From a candidate division FCPU426 bacterium (GTDB lineage Bacteria > Oederibacteriota > JAAXVQ01 > JAUVAV01), in the NCBI GenBank assembly GCA_040756875.1, contig JBFLYH010000002.1, positions 1,055,078-1,119,077 of the forward strand: a stretch of DNA of 64,000 nt. The letters are read 5' to 3'. Every line of letters starts with the position of its first letter. Within the stretch, counting starts at the first letter, position 1. Below are positions 17,222 to 26,200 of this stretch, piece by piece. Under the pieces are notes generated by a model. That model was not told where the DNA came from, made no database searches, and saw only the letters and a list, made by a program, of their open reading frames with translations. The translations under genes and the position numbers were made by a program.

Positions 17222-19317
17222 GCAAGCGCCGAACCGCTTCTATGCGGCATTCATCGTTTGTCCGGGCGCTGCAGACTGCACCCGATCTGCCACAGTTGGG
17301 AAAGGCGCTGGCAGCCGAGTGCCGGCAGCTTTCAGGCGCGCGGGCGGCCTGGTGCCTGCTGTTGTCCGAAGATGAACAGGCGCCCGTACTGCTTGGCGGT
17401 CCCGGCCGATCTACGGTTCCTCCCATTCTCCCGGAGGGGATAGCTGCCTGGGTCCTGGAACGGCAGCAAAGCCTTAAACTTCAGCCCCGGCCGGTGCCGG
17501 TATTTCAGGTTCAACCGCAAGGCCGGCTAGCCGGGTTCCGTGCCTGCCGCGAATCACGATCGCTCCATAAACGCCTGCAGCAAGACCTGGCCTGGATGGC
17601 TCCCGCCTGTCTTTCGCAGGCGTTGTTGTGGCTGCCGCTGACGGCGAACGCGCTTTTGATTCTATGCCGCCCCGCCTGGACCGAGGCCAGCCTGGAGGCA
17701 CTGGGGCCGGCGCTGGAATTGGGGCGCCTGGCCTGGACCATGCTGGAGCGGCGGCATCAGCTAGAGCAACATGCACGGCAGACCGCGGCTGCCTCCGAAA
17801 TCGCGCAAAACTTGAGCGCCACCCTGGAGCTGGACATCCTGTTGCGGTTGATCATCCTGGAAATAACGAAGACCATGCGCTGCCAAGCCGGTGACATTTG
17901 GCTCAAACCCGACAAACGGCCACAGCCGGTTTTCCGCACCGGCTTGGGAATCAGCACGGCCGCCCGGGGCAGGCTGATGGCCGGCAACCGGACCCAACAG
18001 GCGCTTGAATCCGGGGAGCCGGTTTGGATTGAAGATGTTGCCGCGCGCACGGACCTTGACCAGCGGATGCTTAACCAGGAAGGGATCGCCGGCCTGGCTG
18101 TAATCCCGCTGAAGGTGAAAAGCAGGGCCATCGGCGTCCTGCATCTCTTCGCCAAGCGGCCGCGTTTTTTTTCGCAGGCCGAACGCCAGCTGATCAAGAC
18201 TCTTGCCAGCCAGGCTGCGCTGGCCATCGAAAACGCGCGACTGTTCGAGGAGACCAAGCGCCGGGCGCAGGAACTGCTGGCATTGTACGAAGTAGCCCAG
18301 TTGCTGAGCGAAATCTCCAATGTCAACCTGGCGCTGAAGCAAATCATCGAGCGGGTGAGCGAACTGTTGAACGTGGAAAAATGCTGGTTCTTGTTATGGA
18401 ACGAAGCCTCCGGTGTTTTGACCGCCCACCCGTCCGCCGTCGGCCTGGACGAGGAGCAGATTGCGGACCTGCGGCTGCGAGCCGATACGCAGGGCGTTTC
18501 CGCCCAGGTTTTCCGCACCGGCCAAACCGCGGTTTACAATACCGCGCAGGAGGAAGCGTCGGTCCGGGAGGAATTCGGCCGCCGGTTTCAATTGCGCACG
18601 CTCCTAGCCGTCGGTCTGCGGCATCAGGACGCCAATCTGGGCGTGTTTCTGGCGGCCAACAAGCGGGGCGAGGCCGTGTTCGACGGCAATGATGTGCGGC
18701 TGTTCCGGACCCTGGCTTCGGAGGCGGCGGTGGTGATCCAGAACGCGCGGCTGTATGCGCGGTTGCGGCGAAGTTATTTTTCCATGGTGCAGATGATCGC
18801 CGAACTGGTGGACGCCCACGAACCATATCCGGCGGGCCATTCCGAAAGAGTGGCCAACTATGCGGCGGCCATGGCCCTGCAAATGGGCCTGGGGAACGAA
18901 GAAGTCGAGAAAATCCGCATGGCCGGCCGTTTGCACGACTTGGGCAAACTCAAGCTGGCCGCGGTTTCCAAGTCGGAAATGGACCGCCATCCCGAAGTCG
19001 GCGTAGGAATGCTGGAGCATGTGGAATTTCCCTGGGAGATTACCCCGCTGATCCGCCATCACCATGAGACCTATGACGGCCAGGGATATCCGGACAGATT
19101 GCGGGGCGAAGCCATTCCTTTGGGGGCGCGCATCATCGCGGTGGCTGACGCGCTGGACATCCTCACCAATGGCGCCGACGACCAGCCGGGGCAGCGCACG
19201 CCTGCGCAGTCGTATCAGGAGATCACCGCTCAGGCGGGTTCGCGTTTTGACCCTGAGGTGGTCAAAGCCTTGGGTGAGATTTGGCCGGGATTATTCAGGT
19301 TGGAAGAAAAGGGTTGA
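17218..19317 (+). CDS. GAF-GAF-HD-GYP signalling protein (putative cyclic-dinucleotide phosphodiesterase)
   Basis: Two GAF ends (LASQAALAIENARL, LASEAAVVIQNARL); GHSERV, LHDLGK, HHETYDGQGYP, ARIIAVAD and FDPEVV. Confidence 0.87.
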   Translation: MSKRRTASMRHSSFVRALQTAPDLPQLGKALAAECRQLSGARAAWCLLLSEDEQAPVLLGGPGRSTVPPILPEGIAAWVLERQQSLKLQPRPVPVFQVQPQGRLAGFRACRESRSLHKRLQQDLAWMAPACLSQALLWLPLTANALLILCRPAWTEASLEALGPALELGRLAWTMLERRHQLEQHARQTAAASEIAQNLSATLELDILLRLIILEITKTMRCQAGDIWLKPDKRPQPVFRTGLGISTAARGRLMAGNRTQQALESGEPVWIEDVAARTDLDQRMLNQEGIAGLAVIPLKVKSRAIGVLHLFAKRPRFFSQAERQLIKTLASQAALAIENARLFEETKRRAQELLALYEVAQLLSEISNVNLALKQIIERVSELLNVEKCWFLLWNEASGVLTAHPSAVGLDEEQIADLRLRADTQGVSAQVFRTGQTAVYNTAQEEASVREEFGRRFQLRTLLAVGLRHQDANLGVFLAANKRGEAVFDGNDVRLFRTLASEAAVVIQNARLYARLRRSYFSMVQMIAELVDAHEPYPAGHSERVANYAAAMALQMGLGNEEVEKIRMAGRLHDLGKLKLAAVSKSEMDRHPEVGVGMLEHVEFPWEITPLIRHHHETYDGQGYPDRLRGEAIPLGARIIAVADALDILTNGADDQPGQRTPAQSYQEITAQAGSRFDPEVVKALGEIWPGLFRLEEKG

Positions 19318-19322
19318 AAAAC

Positions 19323-20258
19323 CTATGTTTTCAAGAGCTGACGGATAGCGGCCGCTACATGGGCGGCATCTATACCGTATTTCGCGAATAACTCTTCCGG
19401 TTCTCCGGATTCTCCGAACACATCCTGTACCCCGAGCCGGCGGAAAGGAACCGCTGCGCTCGCCTCGGCCAATACTTCGGCCACCGCGCTGCCCAAGCCG
19501 CCGATCACCGTGTGCTCCTCGACCGTAACCAGAGCCCTGGTTTCCTGGGCCGCCGACAGCACGGCCTCGCGGTCAATGGGCTTGACGGTATGCAGGTTGA
19601 TGACCCGCGCGGAGATCCCGTCCCGGGCCAGCTGTTCGGCCGCCCGCAGGGCTTCCACCACCGTCGTGCCGCAGGCGATAATGGCCGCATCGCGGCCCGG
19701 TTTCAACACCTGGGCCCGGCCCAGCACGAAGGGCTGGTCGGAAATGATGTCTTCGACTTTGGGGCGGCCCAGCCGCAGGTACGCCGGTCCCTCGTGCTGG
19801 TACAAGGCCTTGGTCGCTGCCGCGGCCTGAGGTCCGTCGGCCGGCACCACCACGGTGAAGTTGGGCATAATGCGCATCAAGGCCATGTCTTCAATGGCCT
19901 GGTGGGAGGCGCCGTCAGGACCGACCGACAAGCCGGCATGGCTGGCCGCGATTTTGACGTTGAGGTTGGGGAAGGCGATGGAATTGCGGACCTGGTCGTA
20001 GGCCCGGGCGGTGGCAAAGACCGCAAAGGTCGATGCGAAAGGTTTTTTTCCGCACGTGGCGATGCCGGCCGCCCAGCCGATCAGATTTTGTTCGGCCACG
20101 CCCAGATTGTAGAAGCGTTCGGGATATTTGGCGGCGAATAAATTGGTCTTGGTCGAACAGGACAGATCCGCGTCCAGCACGATCAGGTCGTCGTGCTGGG
20201 CGCCCAGTTCAACCAGGGCCTTTCCGTAGGCCTCGCGGGTTGCGATTTTCTCACCCAT
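19323..20258 (-). CDS. Transketolase, C-terminal subunit (split type)
   Basis: ATREAYG, LDADL, GVAEQN, DGASHQ, VKPID and EEH..IGGLGSAV motifs. Confidence 0.93.
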   Translation of the reverse strand: MGEKIATREAYGKALVELGAQHDDLIVLDADLSCSTKTNLFAAKYPERFYNLGVAEQNLIGWAAGIATCGKKPFASTFAVFATARAYDQVRNSIAFPNLNVKIAASHAGLSVGPDGASHQAIEDMALMRIMPNFTVVVPADGPQAAAATKALYQHEGPAYLRLGRPKVEDIISDQPFVLGRAQVLKPGRDAAIIACGTTVVEALRAAEQLARDGISARVINLHTVKPIDREAVLSAAQETRALVTVEEHTVIGGLGSAVAEVLAEASAAVPFRRLGVQDVFGESGEPEELFAKYGIDAAHVAAAIRQLLKT

Positions 20259-20297
20259 GCGCCGGCTCCTTCGCTGCGCGAACGCCAGGATGACGGG

Positions 20298-21131
20298 TCA
20301 TTTCAACTCGTCCAAGGCCTGGCAGACTTGTTCCTGGTCCGGCGCGATGCCGTGCCAGCATGCTTGGTTTTCCGTGAACGACACGCCTTTGCCCTTTACG
20401 GTCTGTGCGATGATTACGCTGGGGCGTTGGGTTTCCGCGCGCGCGACTTCCAGGGCGGCGAGCAGTTGCCGGTAATCATGGCCGTTGGCGGGAATAACAT
20501 TCCAGCCGAACGCCCGCCATTTCTCGTCCAGGGGATCCGTGTTCATCACCGAGCAGGTTTCACCGTCGATCTGCAGGCCGTTCCGGTCGATGACGGCGCA
20601 AAGGTTGCCCAGCCGGTGGTGCGCGGCGCTCATGGCCGCCTCCCAAACCTGGCCTTCGTTCAACTCCCCGTCTCCGAGCAGGACGTACACCCGGTAGGCC
20701 GCCCGACGGGCGGCGTCGAAGGCCATGGCCGCCATACCGCAGCCCACGGACAAACCCTGGCCGAGCGAACCAGTGGACATTTCCACGCCCGGCGTCTTAT
20801 TCATGTCCGGATGCCCTTGCAGGATGGAATTCAGCTTGCGCAGCGTGCGCAGATGGTCGGGCGAGAAAAAACCGCTGCGCGCCAGCACGGCGTACAACGC
20901 CGGTGCCGCGTGTCCCTTGGAGAGGATGAAGCGGTCTCGTTGCGGCCATTTCGGATTGGCGGGATCATAACGCAGTTCGGCCGTAAACAGCGTGGCTAAA
21001 ATATCCGCGCAGGACAGCGAGCCGCCCGTATGGCCGGAGCCGGCCGCGCCGAGCATCTCGACGATATCCCTTCGCAGGGTCAGGGCCAGTTTGGCGATGG
21101 CCGCGGGATCGCGTTGCAGGGTGGAAACCAA
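20298..21131 (-). CDS. Transketolase, N-terminal subunit (split type)
   Basis: SGHTGGSLS, DRFILSKGH, LQGHP, GSLGQG, TPP motif GDGELNEG and KGKG. TTG start with AGGAGG RBS. Confidence 0.93.
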   Translation of the reverse strand: MVSTLQRDPAAIAKLALTLRRDIVEMLGAAGSGHTGGSLSCADILATLFTAELRYDPANPKWPQRDRFILSKGHAAPALYAVLARSGFFSPDHLRTLRKLNSILQGHPDMNKTPGVEMSTGSLGQGLSVGCGMAAMAFDAARRAAYRVYVLLGDGELNEGQVWEAAMSAAHHRLGNLCAVIDRNGLQIDGETCSVMNTDPLDEKWRAFGWNVIPANGHDYRQLLAALEVARAETQRPSVIIAQTVKGKGVSFTENQACWHGIAPDQEQVCQALDELK

Positions 21132-21159
21132 CGAAAAACCTCCTGAAAATATGCGGTGA

Positions 21160-21189
21160 ATCGTACTAAACCCCTCGGGGCTTTGTCAA
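21160..21189 (-). promoter_or_regulatory. Putative sigma70 promoter for transketolase
   Basis: Minus strand TTGACA-N18-TACGAT. Confidence 0.45.
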
Positions 21190-21268
21190 GCTTTAAAACC
21201 CGTATTCAGGAAAAAGACCCGGCGCAGGACCGGAGTATGTTGATAACTACGATAAAAAACGGACCGCA

Positions 21269-21277
21269 TGCTATAAT
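21269..21277 (+). promoter_or_regulatory. Extended -10 element for lnt1
   Basis: TGcTATAAT ending 6 nt before the ATG at 21284. Confidence 0.5.
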
Positions 21278-21283
21278 CCAAAA

Positions 21284-22954
21284 ATGACGTTGCCCATGCC
21301 ACGGACATTTTGGACCCAGGTGGCCGCAGCCGCCTTGGCCGGAGGCCTCTTGGCCCTTTCCTTTCCCAACGGCCTTTGGCCGCGGCTGGGCCAGGCTCCA
21401 GGCTGGCTGGCTTGGGTGGCGTTGGTGCCTTTTCTGCTGGCATGGCGCGATGCCAACTGGCCCCGGTGCTTTGCGCTGGGCTGGCTGCTCGGATTCGTTT
21501 ATTTCTACACGATGATTTCCTGGCTGCCTCTCATCAACCGCGATACCAATGTTGATAACGCCATTGGCAGGATCATATTCGCTTTTTTAGGAGGCCTCTA
21601 CTTCGGCCTGTTCAGTTTTTCGGCCAAGGCGGTGACAGACCGTTTGCAGTGGCCTTCAGCGGTCGTCGTACCTTTGGCTTGGGTGGCATGGGAATATGTG
21701 AGGGGCCAAATCATTATTGGAGGCTGGCCCTGGGGCAGTCTGGGCCATACCCAGTACGGCACTCCGCTGGTCCGTCAAGTGGCGGCTGTTGCTGGCGTCA
21801 GCGGAGTCTCCTATTGGGTCATGGCCGCGAATGCTGTTTTGGCGAGCGGCTGGTCGAGGAATTGGGCCGAACCGCTGCGGTGTTCAGTCAAGGATGCATT
21901 CCGGCGTCCGGGGTTGGCCGCCATGGTTCTGTTGCTGGCAGCGGGCTGGCTTTATCTTCTGGCACGCTGCACAGTGGAAGCGAGGGCATTTGCCCGGCAA
22001 CCCGCCCCGCCGTTGCACCTGGCGCTCCTGCAGGGCAACCTCAATACGGACCAGCGCTGGGATCAAGCCTACAAGGAAAACGTCTTCGCCCGCATGGAAC
22101 CGCTGCATCGGCAGGCAGCGGCTACGCATCCGGACCTCGTCATTTGGGCGGAGTCCTGTTTTCCGGGCATCTTGGAATACGAACCGGAAAAGGCCTGGGA
22201 GGACCGGCTGCGGTCGTTGATCAGGGAAGCGGGCGTACCGACGCTTCTGACCAGCAATGAATATCAGCCGACGCATCTGCTCGAAGGCCCGCGCTTTCAT
22301 CACTACAACAGCGCCTTTCTGCTCGGCGCCCAAGGCGAGACCCTGGGGCGTTACCGCAAGATCAGGCTGGTGCCGGGCGGCGAATACATCCCCTGGGAAT
22401 GGATGAAGCGCTTTTTAAAGAGCGTAGTGCGCGAACCTATCCCTGTGGATTTCGAATCCGGCGAAGAATATGAACCGCTGCAGCTGGGCGGCCCAAACGG
22501 CACTTGGCGGTTTTCGCCGTTGATCTGTTATGAGGACCAGTTCGAGGAACTGGGATATCAGCTGGCCAAAAACGGCGCGCGGTTTTTCTGCTCTATGTCC
22601 AACGATGCCTGGGCAGGGCACTCGGCCATGAGCAGCCAACGCACGGCCATGGCGGTTTTTTTAGCCATCGAACACAGGGCGTATATGCCCAGGGCATCCA
22701 TGACCGGCCCAACGACGGTGATTGATCCCTGGGGTAAAATAAGCTCTGCTTTGCCTTTCTTCACATCTGGTATGAAAACCGCCACCATCCACCCCGCGGA
22801 CTTCACTACCTTTTTTTCCCGGTATGGCAATTTGATTCCCTTCATCATAACCATCGTGTTTGGGTTCCTGATGATCATCAGCTGTTTGCCCAGGCGATTG
22901 GGCGCAGGAAATTTACCCCGCGCGGAAAATTCTCACCACCAACGACCGGTTTGA
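21284..22954 (+). CDS. lnt: Apolipoprotein N-acyltransferase, paralogue 1
   Basis: N-terminal TM helices, GGWPWGSLGHTQY, LLQGN, nitrilase triad WAES / YRKIRLVPGGEY / LICYED, SNDAW and IDPWG. Confidence 0.9.
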   Translation: MTLPMPRTFWTQVAAAALAGGLLALSFPNGLWPRLGQAPGWLAWVALVPFLLAWRDANWPRCFALGWLLGFVYFYTMISWLPLINRDTNVDNAIGRIIFAFLGGLYFGLFSFSAKAVTDRLQWPSAVVVPLAWVAWEYVRGQIIIGGWPWGSLGHTQYGTPLVRQVAAVAGVSGVSYWVMAANAVLASGWSRNWAEPLRCSVKDAFRRPGLAAMVLLLAAGWLYLLARCTVEARAFARQPAPPLHLALLQGNLNTDQRWDQAYKENVFARMEPLHRQAAATHPDLVIWAESCFPGILEYEPEKAWEDRLRSLIREAGVPTLLTSNEYQPTHLLEGPRFHHYNSAFLLGAQGETLGRYRKIRLVPGGEYIPWEWMKRFLKSVVREPIPVDFESGEEYEPLQLGGPNGTWRFSPLICYEDQFEELGYQLAKNGARFFCSMSNDAWAGHSAMSSQRTAMAVFLAIEHRAYMPRASMTGPTTVIDPWGKISSALPFFTSGMKTATIHPADFTTFFSRYGNLIPFIITIVFGFLMIISCLPRRLGAGNLPRAENSHHQRPV

Positions 22955-23077
22955 AAGATTATCCTTGTTTTTAAGGTATTTTTTTCATTAGCTGGATTAT
23001 AAGCAGGTTTTTTTACCAAACCGCAGGACATTCAAAGAAAACCCTTGTAAATCAAAGGTAAAAACCAGGTCGCTTTT

Positions 23078-23107
23078 TTGACTCGGTCAAAAACCGGTGA
23101 TATACTT
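23078..23107 (+). promoter_or_regulatory. Sigma70 promoter of giant gene 1
   Basis: TTGACT-N17-TATACT with extended TG (TGATATACTT at 23098-23107). Confidence 0.7.
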
Positions 23108-23276
23108 AAGCTGAAATTTATTAAACTGGCATTTAATGTGCCGAAAAAGAAAGTTGTTACATATATGTCTGCGTCATTGAACAAATGCCAGCATCACCCG
23201 GCATGGTCCGGGTTGAAAGATAGATCGAATAGCCAAGAAGGTCGGGCGGACCGCTTGGTTTAATGAGGTGAGGACA

Positions 23277-26200
23277 ATGAAAACCATTACCCAGTTCTGG
23301 TCACAAGCAGCCATCCTGAGCCGGCAATTATGGCGTGTGGCACGGGAACGGCACCGAAAAGTCATTTCCCTGGTGCTGGCCATGATCTTCGTCTTTACCA
23401 TGACCGGTATGGATACGATCCTCGCCTATGGTTTCGACAACAACCGCCACGAAAACTACGATCAGCAAAACGACCTGCTTCCGCCCGCCAATCCCTTGGA
23501 ACAAGCCCAACCGGACGCTTTCATTTCCGTCAATGCGCCCACGGATAAAAAGGCCGATGTGGCGGACACCCGCCTCAACGTGCTCAAAGCCGAATACGGC
23601 GACCTGCTTTCCACAGTGTCCCTGCAAACCGTAGCCGAAAAAACGCTCGCCGGTGTAAGCGTGGACACGGCTTTGAAATGGGTGGCTGAAGTCGTGGCGC
23701 CCAAAGGCGAGCAACCGGCCGGCACCCAACCTGAGGAGGAGACGACCGAACAACCGGCTGTGGATCCCTCGCTGCTGGCGGATGTAGCCACCACCAGCCA
23801 GGGGCCGTTGAGTCTCAGTCTTAATCTGGACGGATTGAGCGGCAAAGGACGCCTGAGCGACGAGACCGATCTGGCACAACTGCCGATTCCGGCTGAAATG
23901 TTACCCAAGGAAATAACGCCAAGCGAACAGCCCGAAACCGTGGAACCGGCAGCTGTAGCCCAGGAGACGCAGCCGTCCGCGCAGCCGCTGGAGGCCGGGC
24001 TGCCAAAGGTCGACGAGAGCGCGAAACCGGAGCAGCCGGTCGAGGGCGGCCAGTTGCCTGAAATTCAAGTGGTGGAGCAACCGAAGGATCAAGGCGGGGA
24101 AACGAAGGTTACGGAGACCGAGGAGACGGAGAAAAAGAACAATGCCGAAACGTCTCTGGCGGACCTGACCAAGCAGTTTCTGGCGCTTTTGGGCATGAAC
24201 GACAAGTTGAAAGAGGACACCGCGGCCAAGACCGAAGAGACCAAGCTGCCCGAGGAAACAACGGAAACGGGAAGCAAGGAAACCGTTCTGCCGGAAGACG
24301 CCCAGGCGAAGAAAGACGGAACCGAGACCCTTGCCGAAGGGGAAGAGAAGCCTAAGACCGAGGTCGAACAGCCGGCGGCGGAGGAAAAACCCGAGGGCGA
24401 AGAAAAGGTGGCCAAGGAGGAAAAGGAGGAGGACGGCGAACAGCCGGCCGAGGACAAGGACAACGAAGGGGATGAAAAACGGGCCGAATTGCCTGACCAG
24501 GTGCTGCGTCTGCTGGGCTTGGGGGAGAAGGATAAAGAGACGGAGAAGGACACGGAAGTCGAGGGACCGGACAGCCTGGAAGATTTCTTCGCCTTGCTGG
24601 GCGACGAAGAACGCAAAGAAGACGGGGAGACGTCCTCGAAGGAAGTGGACCTGGATGTGGATGCCTTGCTTGACGAACTCAATGCCCAGGGCATCGAGCC
24701 GCCCAAAGAAATCGATGAGCCGGCATCCATGCTGGCGGATTTGGTAGACCGCCCCCAGACCGAAGAAAAACCCGAAGAGACCTTGCTGCCTGAGACCGAG
24801 CAGCCAGTGGAAAACACGGATACCGTGCTTACGGATGATACGGAAATCGCCCTGGTGGGTCCGGAAGCCGGAATGGTGGAGGAAGAGAAAGAACCCAAAG
24901 AAACCGAGGGGACCGCGCCCACCGAAAACAAACCGGAAGAGACCGATGGCGTGGAAGCTGCGAGCATCCATGCCCTGCCGGATGTGACACAACTGCGCCA
25001 GGAAGCGCTGTTGGTGAACATCCTGGGCACGGATGCGACCCAACAACCGGAAACGAATCTGGCGGCCGAGGTCAGCGACGCCTTCAAGCGCGGCGCATCC
25101 ATGATCTTGGGCCCGGACGCCAATTTGCCGGAGTCTTTATCGCCTGCAACCACCCAGCTGGAGCCGGCAGGCGTTTCAGAGGCGACGCTGCCTGCCACGG
25201 TGGGTACCATCCCGCAGGTTTTCATCGAACAAATCAGCGCCAACCTGACCGCTGCCGACGAACAGGGGGCGGCAGCCACCCAGGCGGGTCCAGAGGACAT
25301 TCGCGGCACCCGTTCGAGCGCCCTGGCGGATCTCTTGAATGTATCCGAGGATGAATCACGAGTTCCCACGGCGCCCGGCGTCATCATCAACCAACAGAGC
25401 ACAGACAGGACTCCGGATTATTGGGCCGGCGGTTCGGCCTGGGACATCGCGCGCATTTACGGCCACCCCGAACAGCCGGAACAGGAAAACCCGGATCCCG
25501 AATGTACGGATTTCCTGGGCCTGGCCATTGTCATGTTCATTTTCCAGGGCCCAAAAGCTATGATGGACTTCTTCCAGAACCCCAGCCTGGAAACCTTCAT
25601 GGAAATGTTCATGATTCTTACTGATCCGGTGTATTACATCTACAAGATCGTGGATGCCTTGATCAATTTCAGCTGGGATACCATGCAGGAGTTCGGTGAA
25701 TTCGCCAATTCGCCGTTCGGCAAGCTCTTCATGTTCATCATATCCGTGGTCCTGACGATTTTCACGTGCGGGTCAGCGGCCCCGATCCTCATCGCGCTCA
25801 TCATCCTGATTGAACTCATTCAGACATTCGTGCCTTTGCCTAAATGGCTGGATATTGCGCTCTCAATCGTCAAAGCGGCCTTGGGCGGATGGGCCAGCGC
25901 CATTAAAGATACTTTCAAGCAAGCCATCACGGAAGTGGTGAAAAATGTCATCCAAGCTATATCCGATTTGATTAAAACCTTAACCAAGGATGTTTTGAAA
26001 GCGATTATCAAAGCGGTTTTGAAAGAAACCATCGTTCAAATTTTACAGGAAGTCCTGCCCGAGGACCTTTTGTTCTATATGCCTTTGATCAGCATTATGG
26101 CCGATTGGCTGGCCGCCGGCTTGACGGAAATGTTCATGGGTGAGGACGGCAAAGGCTTTACGGATGGTTTTGTCAAAGCCTTCAAGCAGTCATTCAATAT

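Noticed and set aside
25750-25780. Internal LTIFTC as a lipobox for the Lnt enzymes
   Set aside because: It does not fit [LVI][ASTVI][GAS]C and lies about 830 residues from the N-terminus.
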